A stretch of 32,000 nucleotides of DNA from Nostoc punctiforme PCC 73102 (GCF_000020025.1 NC_010628.1:5550001-5582000), one strand, 5' to 3'; counted from the stretch's first letter, positions 15,485-24,615 are shown. Program-made: numbers and translations. Notes: generated from the letters alone by a model not told the origin.

Positions 15485-16654
15485 TTATGCCCTAGCAGCG
15501 CGATTGGAGGATAATTGTGCCTCTCCATAAATATACTGCCCCAAAGCATTCGCCTGACGGGAAGGTGCTGCTAAATGAGCATTAATCTTTGCTTCTTTGA
15601 GTAGACGTTGAACGTCGTCCCAGAAGAACTCACCACCGCCACCAGTGAGAATCACATCAGTGACGCGTTCTGGCAACCAGGCTAGCACACGGCTACAGAT
15701 TTCACGCGAAAACATCTCTGTAAGGTTGGGAAGAAAATCGTCTAGGTTGGTGGGCTTGCTAGCGCCTTTAGGACGGTAATAGCGTTCACCTCTGGGTTTG
15801 TTAACGGCAGAAATCAGCGCGAGAGATTGACTATCTGCTCCCTCGATTTCGGCAGACACCAATTCATAAAACTTATTCATCCCGAAGTCTTCGCTCTTAG
15901 AAGCACCTCTGGCAAAACGGAAGTTATCTACCATCAAAAGATCGACAGTTTGATGTCCAATATCAACGATCGCTACCGATATTTTTGTAAAATCGGGACT
16001 GCTAGGACTTTTCTTCGGTTGAGCTTCAGACCACAACAGGCTACCGTAGCCTTCTGGCATTACCCATACCTTACTCACATTCAACGATATAGATTCGCCT
16101 CGGAAGTTCAATACATGAGGACCACCTACTTGGCTAATCAACTGTGCTTTTTCTTTTTCAAATTGCTCTAAAGAAAGAAAAGGCAGACCAAGTACAACTG
16201 AGATATCGTCTCTGAGTTTGAAGTAGCCAGCACTTGCTAACACTTTTACCAGTGCAGCCTCTACCTTAGATTGGCCGACTCCTAGATTCGCCCCAAAATC
16301 TGCTGCTAGTTGACCAACAGCATATCCATTTCCTTGATACTCCAGCCACAAATCCATTAAAGGGTCAGTAGCTCTGGCTTCAAAAACACCACCACGTACT
16401 TGTTCTATTGACATCTGCTTAACGTTGGCAGGTACGAATACTACACTGCCGGGTTCACGACTCACACAAGTTTTGGTGGAAGTTCTACCTAAATCAACAC
16501 TGAGAATGGTTTTCCCGGAACCACCGCCTGACTTGGTAGTAGTGGGAGGATTATTATTAACAGCATTTATGGGAGTCGTCGATGCTAACGGCTGCCTATT
16601 CATGGGTATAGCAGCACTATTCATAGGGTTAGCGGCGGAAGGTTGGTCTGTCAT
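15485..16654 (-). CDS. ParM/Alp-family actin-fold ATPase (389 aa)
   Basis: Actin-fold nucleotide motifs: phosphate-1 ILSVDLGRTSTK, phosphate-2 VAIVDIGHQTVDL, adenosine VILTGGGGEF. ParM-like YAVGQLA and VMPEGYGS. About 50 aa of low-complexity N-terminal extension (alternative starts at Met11 and Met18). Confidence 0.8.
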   Translation of the reverse strand: MTDQPSAANPMNSAAIPMNRQPLASTTPINAVNNNPPTTTKSGGGSGKTILSVDLGRTSTKTCVSREPGSVVFVPANVKQMSIEQVRGGVFEARATDPLMDLWLEYQGNGYAVGQLAADFGANLGVGQSKVEAALVKVLASAGYFKLRDDISVVLGLPFLSLEQFEKEKAQLISQVGGPHVLNFRGESISLNVSKVWVMPEGYGSLLWSEAQPKKSPSSPDFTKISVAIVDIGHQTVDLLMVDNFRFARGASKSEDFGMNKFYELVSAEIEGADSQSLALISAVNKPRGERYYRPKGASKPTNLDDFLPNLTEMFSREICSRVLAWLPERVTDVILTGGGGEFFWDDVQRLLKEAKINAHLAAPSRQANALGQYIYGEAQLSSNRAARA

Positions 16655-16894
16655 GAAAGCTCCTAGTTCAAACTTAACTGTAAAAAGTTGTCATGCTCAT
16701 CTTACAAAAATGCGAGCAACCAGAAATTCTAGGTTGCGTCAAGTGTAGCTAGAAATACGCCAAAAATTAATTTTGACCATATCTCCGATGGGCTCATGCC
16801 TTCGTACATCTAGTATTATTTGGCATAGTGTAGGCGAATTTTGGCCAGATGTAACCCCTGCTTTCACTGCTTTCAAACCAAAAGCGTCCGTATT

Positions 16895-17518
16895 TCATCT
16901 TCTAGTACGTCTTAACTGGCGCTTGAATATCCAAAAAACAAATGCTAGAACCAAACCCCCAAGTACGATTTTGGATACAGGAGCAAGGTACTTGTCCACA
17001 AGTTCATACTGACTACCCAATATGTATCCTGAGTATGTTAGCAAACCCACCCAAGCCGCGCTACCTACTGTTGTGTAAAACAAAAATGGTAGCAAGGGCA
17101 TATTGCTGATCCCTGCGGGAACAGAAATCAAGGTGCGGATTCCTGGTACAAGACGACCAATTAATACTGCTTTTCTACCTTGTCGGTCAAACCACCCTTT
17201 GGCCTTGGTAATATCTTTACTGGATATAGCCAGCCATTTACCATACTTGTCAGCCCAAGCTTTCAAACGGGTTTCGCCCAAAAACTTACCTGGATAGTAC
17301 CAAATAAGTGCGCCCAATACAGAACCCAAAAGCCCTGCGAAAAACACACCAATGATATTTAGCTTTGCCCCTCCTGGTTGATATGGACTTGCTGTAAATC
17401 CAGCCAGTGGCATAATCAATTCTGAAGGAATTGGGGGAAAAAGGTTCTCTAGGAACATTAGTAGGGCGATTCCCCAATAGCCAAAATAGTTGATAGTGTT
17501 AGTTATCCATTCAAGCAT
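16895..17518 (-). CDS. DedA family membrane protein
   Basis: FLENLFPPIPSELIMP and GRLVPGIRTLISVPAG motifs, with multiple TM helices. The tracked start 17611 is TTG; ATG 17518 (MLEWITN) is preferred. Confidence 0.85.
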   Translation of the reverse strand: MLEWITNTINYFGYWGIALLMFLENLFPPIPSELIMPLAGFTASPYQPGGAKLNIIGVFFAGLLGSVLGALIWYYPGKFLGETRLKAWADKYGKWLAISSKDITKAKGWFDRQGRKAVLIGRLVPGIRTLISVPAGISNMPLLPFLFYTTVGSAAWVGLLTYSGYILGSQYELVDKYLAPVSKIVLGGLVLAFVFWIFKRQLRRTRR

Positions 17519-17973
17519 TGAGTCAATTCCTGAAATTGCTGCACTAGTCTTGTTACTAAGATTGAGCCTTAGTTTTTTTAAACAGTAATTATCCCTGCTT
17601 GTTAGAGTCAAGGTAACTTGGCTGCACTAAAAGTTGCATCGCAACTTAAAAATAGAGCAAGACAAGTGGAAGCTAGGGGTCTGTTTGATTAATTTCGAGG
17701 GTTATAAAAGTTCGTAAGTAGCTCTAACCCTTGAAATTGAGCGAGAAATTGCTCACTACGAATCCCACAAAATTAATGAAAAGAACCACTAAGTTTTATT
17801 TTCTAATTTTTTAGATCCCCCTTAGTCAATTTTGTTAAAAGACTAGGGAGGATCTAAAGACTTGATGGCAAATTTAAAAACATGCTTTAGGGTTTTCTTC
17901 TAAGTTGGTGGCTGTGGGAGAGTAGGGAGAAAATTTTACCTTGTCTCCCTCATCCCCCTCATCCCCTCTTCTT

Positions 17974-19044
17974 CTAGGCTGTCGGGGTCAGTGATTGTAC
18001 CCTTGGTTCCGATTGCCAGTCTAATGGATTCCAAACTCGATCTTCCAGCGCCATCTGCTCAATCAAACTTGCCAGTCTCAGGGCTTTGAGAGCTTGTTCG
18101 CCACCTACTGAGGGTTGATTGCCACCATGTACACAGTTGACAAAATGTTCTAATTCTGCGCTCAAAGGTTGAATATTGCTGGTGTAGACTTTTTCAATCA
18201 CACCATCTTGCCTGTAAAGTACTTGTCGGTGGTCGGTGAGAGAATTGGCAGCTGTTTGTCGGTGAATCAAAATTTCATTCTTGAGAAAATCCGCCTCAGT
18301 AAATGAATTTTTGCAATGGGCGACAATCCGGCGAATTTTTCGGTGAGTGACTTTACTGGCAGTCAGAGTAGCAACAATACCATTGGCAAATCCCAAAGTG
18401 GCAGTTACGTAATCTAAATAACCAGAGTCCAAGGAGCGAGTACCGCTAGCAGTCAATTTTGTGACTGGGGAAGCAGCTAATTCTAAAAGTAGGTCGATGT
18501 CATGGATCATTAAATCCAGCACAACCGAAACATCGTTTGCCCGATCTGAGTAAGGACTCATTCTATGGGCTTCTAGCGCTAGCAATTCCTCCGTTTTCAG
18601 AACTTGGCTCAGTTCTTTAAAAGCTGGGTTGAAACGCTCAATATGACCTACTTGCAGGATACACTGAGACTCTGCCGCCGCATTTACTAGAGACTCTGCC
18701 TCAGAAATACTGGCTGCGATCGGTTTTTCAATCAAAACATGAATTCCCGCTAGCAGACAGCTAATACCCACGGCATAGTGCAGACGGGTGGGAACAGCTA
18801 CACAAACTGCTTCCACAAGGGGTAGCAGGTCACAGTAATCTTCAAAAAAACGCACCTTGTACTTGCTGGCAGTTTCTAATCCTCGTTCGACGTTAATATC
18901 TGCCACTCCGACCAGTTCAACATCTTTCATTGAACTCAGCACGCGAGCGTGGTGTTGTCCCATGTTACCCACTCCAATCACGCCTATGCGGATCGGTCGT
19001 GGCTGGTTGCGCTGTGTATATAGATTCGGTTCTGCCACTGACAT
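17974..19044 (-). CDS. Gfo/Idh/MocA family NAD(P)-dependent oxidoreductase
   Basis: Rossmann motif IRIGVIGVGNMGQHH, then the EKP motif (VLIEKPIA). The tracked start 19080 is TTG; ATG 19044 is preferred. Confidence 0.85.
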   Translation of the reverse strand: MSVAEPNLYTQRNQPRPIRIGVIGVGNMGQHHARVLSSMKDVELVGVADINVERGLETASKYKVRFFEDYCDLLPLVEAVCVAVPTRLHYAVGISCLLAGIHVLIEKPIAASISEAESLVNAAAESQCILQVGHIERFNPAFKELSQVLKTEELLALEAHRMSPYSDRANDVSVVLDLMIHDIDLLLELAASPVTKLTASGTRSLDSGYLDYVTATLGFANGIVATLTASKVTHRKIRRIVAHCKNSFTEADFLKNEILIHRQTAANSLTDHRQVLYRQDGVIEKVYTSNIQPLSAELEHFVNCVHGGNQPSVGGEQALKALRLASLIEQMALEDRVWNPLDWQSEPRVQSLTPTA

Positions 19045-19710
19045 GCTATCTTGCACTATTATTCTCTCCTCAACCACCAAATTTAGAGACGCTACGGCCG
19101 TTGGCGTTTATACTCGAAAGCCAGTTACGATCCGTCTAAAACCATCCAGATGGTAACATAGAGCCTATGTTTATGAAGAATTTCAAAGTTTGCGATCGGT
19201 TCCCGTAATCCAAACATCTTTTGTATAGATAGTTCGGGTTTGTTTTTGATTTTGCACTTTCTACAAAAAATATATGTCTTTTTATTAACTTTAAAACATT
19301 CAGTAAGACTTAAGTGTAAATTCTCCAAAGTTCTCAGGGTCAGCTTCCTCGGTTCGGGCTTATCTCTGGGATACCGTGAGGTAATTAGTTACTGAGAGCA
19401 ATATCCAATTGACAACACTAAAATTACAAAATAGTCAAAAATAACACTTAAGCTTTTTCAAAAAAAATTATCACTGTTTAATGGAAAAGATTTTTGTATG
19501 ATTATTTGCAGTACCTACCGTAGAAACATACTCCTGTAAAGAAACAAGCTATTAGCAGGGTCTTGTAGAGAAGATATCACAGCACTTTTTGAGAGGAACT
19601 GGTGTGGCTTGACCATCACTAAGAGACGTTTAGGAATCTTTTTGGCATTGCTTCCTGGCATCTTGTTAAGGTGTAATTTGGCGATTTAAAATTCAAAATT
19701 TGCAATCGAG

Positions 19711-20385
19711 ATGAAAGCTGTAATTCTGTTATCTGGGGGATTGGACTCTTCCACAATTCTGTATAAAGCTAAGGCTGATGGCTGTGAATGTCATGCTATT
19801 TCCTTTGATTACCAGCAGCGACACCGACAAGAGTTACAGTCAGCCCTTACTGTCGCTAAAAAGGCTGCGATCGCAAAACATCAGGTAGTGAATTTTGATT
19901 TACGGCAATGGGGCGGTTCTGCACTTACTGATGACGCGATTGATCTACCCCAACAGCGATCGCTGGATGAAATGTCTCAGAATATTCCTGTGACTTATGT
20001 TCCGGCTCGTAATACCATTTTTTTAAGCTTTGCTCTTGGCTATGCCGAAGCGATCGCGGCTGAACGTGTCTATATCGGTGTCAACGCCTTAGATTACTCA
20101 GGATATCCTGATTGTCGCCCCGACTATATCGAAGCAATGCAAGAAGTTTTTCGCCTGGGAACCAAACAAGGGCGTGAGGGACAACCAATTAAGATTGTTG
20201 CACCCTTAATCAACTTGAAAAAAACCGAAATCATCCAACTCGGTAACGAATTGGGAGTTCCTTGGGAGCTAACTTGGTCTTGCTATGCAGGTAATGATGT
20301 TGCCTGCGGTGTATGTGATTCTTGCCGCTTGCGGTTGGCAGCTTTTGCCGAATTGGGACTCGTTGATCCACTGGTGTATGCTTAA
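19711..20385 (+). CDS. queC: 7-cyano-7-deazaguanine (preQ0) synthase
   Basis: PP-loop VILLSGGLDSST and C-terminal zinc cluster SCYAGNDVACGVCDSCRLR. Length 224 aa. Confidence 0.93.
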   Translation: MKAVILLSGGLDSSTILYKAKADGCECHAISFDYQQRHRQELQSALTVAKKAAIAKHQVVNFDLRQWGGSALTDDAIDLPQQRSLDEMSQNIPVTYVPARNTIFLSFALGYAEAIAAERVYIGVNALDYSGYPDCRPDYIEAMQEVFRLGTKQGREGQPIKIVAPLINLKKTEIIQLGNELGVPWELTWSCYAGNDVACGVCDSCRLRLAAFAELGLVDPLVYA

Positions 20386-20522
20386 TGGGCATTGGGCATT
20401 GGGCAAAACAGTGCTGAGTGAGGAGTGCTGTTAGCGGTAGCGGAGCGTTTAGCCCGTGAAGAGTTAGAGTTACAAATTCTCCCCCTCTCTCCCTGCTCCC
20501 CTGCCCCCTGCTCCCCTGCCCC

Positions 20523-21920
20523 CTACTCCTCTGCTCCCCCCACTTCCTCTAACCGTCGCAGTTGAATTTGATGCAGGCGAGGGCCAACAATTGATACCAC
20601 AGTGAATTCGAGATTTTCATAACAGAAGGTTTCGCCTTTGGCAGGAATTTTCTGCAACTGATACAGCAAGAAGCCCCCTAGTGTTTGGTATTCTCTTGTC
20701 AAGGGCAAATTGAGATGCAAAACCTCGTTGAGGTCTTCGAGGTTGATTTGTGCCTGCACCAAAAATTTCTGCTCATCTAACATCTGAATCAGTAAGTCGT
20801 CACTGCTTTCAGGTTCGCTTGCGTCGCCGATGATTTCGGCAATGACATCTTTGATTGTCACGAGTCCCACAGTACCGCCGAATTCATTCACTACCATGAC
20901 CATAGCGGGTTTCTCTTGCTGCATCATGGGCAAAAGTTCACTTAAGGGCGTGTGTTCGGGAACAAACCGGGCGGGACGCATCCAAGGTTGGATCTGTGTC
21001 TCTAAACTGAGCTTTCCCACAGCTAAAGGTTGCGCCAAATCTTTAAAATAAACAATGCCACGAACATCGTCCAAAGATTCACCAATCACGGGATAGCGAG
21101 AATAACCAGTAGCAGCCATTTCCTTGAGTAATGTCTGAAAAGTAGCATCTTTCGGTAGCACGATAATACTGGTGCGGGGAATCATCACATCTTGGGCCAT
21201 GACATCCCCAAACTCAAAGACATTATTGAGCAGTTCTCGTTCCGCACGCTGTAAACCAGTAGATCCCCATTCTGTAGAGATAATCAGTTGCAATTCTTCG
21301 GGAGTTACAGGCGGTCTCCAGCCTTGACCTGTGTATTGGATACCAAAAATCCGCAATAAAAAACGAGTTGATTGGTTGAGAATCCAAATAAAGGGACCAA
21401 AAAAACGCACGATCGCTTTTACCGAAGGTCCTAAAAACCTCGCTAGCTGTTCTGAGTACAGCATGGCTAAGGATTTGGGACATAGTTCTCCGATCACAAT
21501 TTGCAGATAGGCAATCAAGAAAAAGGCAATGGGAATTGATAGGGAATGGGCGAGGAAGTTAGTCATCCCACTAGGTAAAGGCCAGGATCTTAACCAGGCA
21601 TTTACCAGCACGACAATTGTGCTTTCGCCAATCCATCCCAGCGCCAAACTAGAAAGGGTAATGCCTAACTGAGTGGTAGATAGTAGTCGATCTATACTAC
21701 GTTGTAGCATTTCCACAGCGATCGCTGGAATATCCCCTGCCTTAACTAGCTGGTGAATACGCGATCGCCGCACGCTCACCATCGAAAATTCCGCCGTCAC
21801 AAAAAAGGCATTTATGGCAATCAGTAGTAGCACTGACAACAACCGCAGCGCCACATCCGTCCAAATCAAATTAGGAAAACCACTCACTGCCAAAGCTCGT
21901 GTAAAACTCACGCCCTCCAT
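20523..21920 (-). CDS. CNNM/hemolysin-family protein (DUF21 - CBS pair - CorC/HlyC)
   Basis: N-terminal TM domain with FFVTAEFSMVSVRRSRI, a central CBS-like pair (DVMIPRTSI..., YSRYPV) and a C-terminal CorC-like segment (GETFCYENLEFTVVSI). Confidence 0.85.
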   Translation of the reverse strand: MEGVSFTRALAVSGFPNLIWTDVALRLLSVLLLIAINAFFVTAEFSMVSVRRSRIHQLVKAGDIPAIAVEMLQRSIDRLLSTTQLGITLSSLALGWIGESTIVVLVNAWLRSWPLPSGMTNFLAHSLSIPIAFFLIAYLQIVIGELCPKSLAMLYSEQLARFLGPSVKAIVRFFGPFIWILNQSTRFLLRIFGIQYTGQGWRPPVTPEELQLIISTEWGSTGLQRAERELLNNVFEFGDVMAQDVMIPRTSIIVLPKDATFQTLLKEMAATGYSRYPVIGESLDDVRGIVYFKDLAQPLAVGKLSLETQIQPWMRPARFVPEHTPLSELLPMMQQEKPAMVMVVNEFGGTVGLVTIKDVIAEIIGDASEPESSDDLLIQMLDEQKFLVQAQINLEDLNEVLHLNLPLTREYQTLGGFLLYQLQKIPAKGETFCYENLEFTVVSIVGPRLHQIQLRRLEEVGGAEE

Positions 21921-21924
21921 TTAA

Positions 21925-22058
21925 GGGAATTGGGGAATGGGAAGAAGCAAGGAAGCAGGGGGACAAGGAGAAAAGGGGGAATTATTGGAACAAGTCTCCC
22001 CCCTCTTCCTTGTCTTCCTTGTCTGTTTTTCATACCCCATTCCCAATTTCCAATTCCC
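21925..22058. repeat. Long imperfect G-rich/C-rich inverted repeat
   Basis: gggaattggggaatggg...ggacaaggagaaaaggggga is mirrored by tcccccctcttccttgtc...ccccattcccaatttccaattccc. It lies between two minus-strand genes. Confidence 0.6.
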
Positions 22059-22067
22059 AATGCCAAT

Positions 22068-22769
22068 CTACCTTCCCACAGGAATATTCGATGCCTCTAA
22101 CTTCAATTGTTGAGCAGGATAATCAGTAAGAGCAAGTGATATTTTCTTGACATCATCAAGTAAAGCTGTGGGAATGCTCACTGTACCTGAAAATGCCGGG
22201 CCATTGACAGGTAATTCCGTTGGTAAACCCTCTGTACTAGCACTCAGGGTTCGTCCTTTATCATCGGTAACATCTAAAAAACTATACAAGAAGCGCACAG
22301 AATCCTTACCTTTGTTCTGCATTTTCACTTTCAGTAGCAAGTCACCACCGGAGTAGCGAGCAGATTGCACAGTCATAGTTACACCCTCACTTTGGGCAGT
22401 AACTGGAAAGCCTGGTAGGGGTTTTTCTTCAACCACTTCTGGGGGCTTTTCTTCTGGCTTCTGCTTGCTGCTATTGGTTTCTTCGTCATCTTCCTCTAGC
22501 TTTTCCGATTTAGCAGCCTTGGTTTTACCATCAATTCGCGCCTTGACAACTTTCAGAATCTCTTCCTCTTTTAATAGCACTAGCCCTCCCTGTTGAGAGG
22601 CATTTGCCTTATTGCTGGCAAATTTGGTTGTGGGACGACCATCGGGTGTGGTAACGCCTTTAAGTGCTGAACTCCCCAGTTCAAACCCCAAAAACGCGCT
22701 CACAGAACCGGCTCCCATCATCAGGATTAACAAAATCAAAGTAAGAAGTACAGTAGAATTTATTTTCAT
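22068..22769 (-). CDS. Hypothetical membrane-anchored/exported protein with K/E-rich linker and C-terminal beta-rich domain
   Basis: Start taken at ATG 22769 (MKINSTVLLTLILLILMMGAGSVSA hydrophobic leader). Charged linker KSEKLEEDDEETNSSKQKPEEKPPE. C-terminal alternating pattern VTMTVQSARYSGGDLLLKVKMQNKGKDSVRF resembles DUF4352-type beta-sandwiches (unverified). Confidence 0.6.
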   Translation of the reverse strand: MKINSTVLLTLILLILMMGAGSVSAFLGFELGSSALKGVTTPDGRPTTKFASNKANASQQGGLVLLKEEEILKVVKARIDGKTKAAKSEKLEEDDEETNSSKQKPEEKPPEVVEEKPLPGFPVTAQSEGVTMTVQSARYSGGDLLLKVKMQNKGKDSVRFLYSFLDVTDDKGRTLSASTEGLPTELPVNGPAFSGTVSIPTALLDDVKKISLALTDYPAQQLKLEASNIPVGR

Positions 22770-23059
22770 TGCTGATGAGCTATTACATAAGAATGCTGGG
22801 CTATTTAAGAATAGTGAAGCTTTTGACCTCAATCCTTAAAGGAACTTAATCAATATTAGTCTGTACTATTTCATGATTAAATTATGTAGTATAAAAATTT
22901 GGTAAACTAGTGTCCAGTATTCACACGTGGTAAATTTATGCTATAATTACGGAATTGGCTAAACTCAGTGAATAAAATATTTTCCTCACTCTAAAATTAG
23001 CAAATAAAGTTGACTTAAAGAGTCAAAATAATTGGCTCGTAGGAATCCGAACAAAACAA

Positions 23060-23132
23060 GCGCCTTTGGCCGATTGGGGAGGCAACGAACTCATAATTCG
23101 TCTTCAGGCTGGTTCGATTCCAGCAGGGCGCA
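23060..23132 (+). tRNA. tRNA-like gene with CAU anticodon (Met or Ile2 type), atypical geometry
   Basis: 7-bp acceptor stem (GCGCCUU/AGGGCGC, one G-U). Anticodon arm ACGAA-CUCAUAA-UUCGU. Perfect T arm GCUGG-UUCGAUU-CCAGC. But the D stem has only 3 bp and the variable loop is 6 nt (23102-23107). No encoded CCA. Confidence 0.6.
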
Positions 23133-23285
23133 CTGAATCATCAAAAAGCAGTAATAGAGGGCATGGGGCATTGGGCATGAGCAGTTGTACTGAGCATTGC
23201 TGAAGTGTTGGTTATTAATTATTGTCCTTTGCTCCCCACTACCCCTTATCCCGACAGGGGGCCCCACACTCCCCACTCGCTAATC

Positions 23286-23720
23286 TTACCGAGGTGGTAA
23301 AGTTTCAAACCTGAATTCAGTTCCCACTTTGAGTTTGTTGCTATTCAAACGAGGGGACATAATCAGCGATGTGTCATAAGGATTTGGTAAATCAGGGGTG
23401 CGAATATAAGGATCGTTACCAACTTGCTGAGTCAAGACATCATGATATAAAGTATTAACCAACTCAGCATCGCGAGCAATTTCATTTTCTGGAAAAGAAC
23501 CACCGAAACTAGAACCAGATCCTAGAAGTGAGTCTAGCTGACGTTTGAGACTGCCATTTTCGTAGAAATTGCGATCGTGACTAAAAAAAGCTCGTTCAAA
23601 TACATCACTTGTAGTTTCAGTTCTAGGGGTTTCGGTTTGGGCAAATGCGACTGAGGGAAAAGCAATACCAGCAGCAAGCAGCACCAATAAACCACCAAAG
23701 GTTTTAAATTTTATACGCAC
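23286..23720 (-). CDS. Hypothetical secreted protein (144 aa)
   Basis: GTG start and Sec-type signal peptide MRIKFKTFGGLLVLLAAGIAFPSVAFA-Q. No recognisable motifs. Confidence 0.6.
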   Translation of the reverse strand: MRIKFKTFGGLLVLLAAGIAFPSVAFAQTETPRTETTSDVFERAFFSHDRNFYENGSLKRQLDSLLGSGSSFGGSFPENEIARDAELVNTLYHDVLTQQVGNDPYIRTPDLPNPYDTSLIMSPRLNSNKLKVGTEFRFETLPPR

Positions 23721-23826
23721 GTTTCTGACTCCTCAATTTTCGTTTTGGACGAATCTTAATTTATGCTTAAGTTCAGAACTCTGATGAGTTCAACCTTTGG
23801 TGTAGCACAACTTTTAATGTTTTGTA

Positions 23827-24450
23827 ATGACGTATCCTACTGAAACTCTTACCCACTCAGATATTTGGGCAACCACTGCTGATTTGACAACCTTGCGACA
23901 CAAGCTATTAGATTTATTTTCTCAACGGGCTTATCAAGAGGGTGATTTTGTTCTCGCTTCTGGGCTACGTAGTTCTTATTATGTCAATAAGATGCAGGTA
24001 ACACTCCACCCCCAAGGAGCTTTAGCTGTTGGACGATTGTTGTTTCCTTTACTACCTGTAGATACTCAGGCTGTAGCAGGTTTAACGATGGGGGCTGACC
24101 CAATGGTGACGGCAGTGAGTATAGTTTCTGTTTATGAAAACCGACCCATACCAGCGCTGATTATTCGCAAGGAAGCCAAGGGTTATGGGACGAAAGCTTA
24201 TATAGAAGGCCCCACTTTACCTGAAGGTGCAAAAGTAGTAGTTTTAGAAGATGTGGTGACAACTGGGCAATCTGCTTTAAAAGCAGTTGAGCGTCTCAAA
24301 GATGCAGGTTATACCGTTAATCAAATAATTTCCCTGGTAGACCGACAGCAAGGTGGAGCTGAGTTGTACCAGTCAGCTGGATTGAAGTTTGAAACTTTGT
24401 TTTCGATTCAGGAAGTTCAGGAACGCTATCGACAACTGGCGAATTCATGA
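23827..24450 (+). CDS. pyrE: Orotate phosphoribosyltransferase
   Basis: PRPP-binding loop VVVLEDVVTTGQSA and the FVLASGLRSSYYVN motif typical of PyrE. Confidence 0.9.
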   Translation: MTYPTETLTHSDIWATTADLTTLRHKLLDLFSQRAYQEGDFVLASGLRSSYYVNKMQVTLHPQGALAVGRLLFPLLPVDTQAVAGLTMGADPMVTAVSIVSVYENRPIPALIIRKEAKGYGTKAYIEGPTLPEGAKVVVLEDVVTTGQSALKAVERLKDAGYTVNQIISLVDRQQGGAELYQSAGLKFETLFSIQEVQERYRQLANS

Positions 24451-24511
24451 ATATCTCAATATATATGATTTAGTTAGAGACTAAAACATATATTCATGTA
24501 ATTTAGAGCCG

Positions 24512-24536
24512 AAAACCCCCGCATCTGGGGGATTTT
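24512..24536. terminator. Stem-loop between convergent pyrE and tRNA-Thr (candidate bidirectional terminator)
   Basis: aaaaccccc-gcatct-ggggg-atttt: a GC stem flanked by an A-run and a T-run. Confidence 0.6.
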
Positions 24537-24543
24537 GCGTTAA

Positions 24544-24615
24544 AGCCAGCAGCGGGATTTGAACTCGCGACCTTCCGATTACAAGTCGGATGCACTACCA
24601 CTGTGCTATGCTGGC
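24544..24615 (-). tRNA. tRNA-Thr (UGU)
   Basis: Reverse complement folds as GCCAGCA-UA-GCAC-AGUGGUA-GUGC-A-UCCGA-CUUGUAA-UCGGA-AGGUC-GCGAG-UUCAAAU-CCCGC-UGCUGGC-U. There is one A-C mismatch in the T stem. Confidence 0.85.

Noticed and set aside
17691-17856. Two hairpins in the dedA/oxidoreductase intergenic region: aatttcgagggtta/taacccttgaaatt at 17691-17738, and tagatcccccttagtc/gactagggaggatcta at 17812-17856. Considered as a possible sRNA.
   Set aside because: They are more simply explained as terminator or repeat hairpins downstream of the oxidoreductase gene. I could not identify promoter or conservation evidence from sequence alone.
19081-19710. The 630-nt gene-free region upstream of queC was checked for a preQ1 riboswitch or other leader. 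ORF 19125-19328(-) lies in it.
   Set aside because: I could not find the compact preQ1-type hairpin with an A-rich tail, or any convincing conserved structure. The ORF is AT-rich and Lys/Ile/Phe-biased with no motifs. A covariance-model scan (Rfam) would be needed to be sure.
23091-23276. Tracked ORF 23091-23276(-), and ORF 24559-24756(+).
   Set aside because: They overlap the CAU tRNA-like gene plus dispersed repeats, and the tRNA-Thr gene, respectively. Both are implausible as coding sequence.
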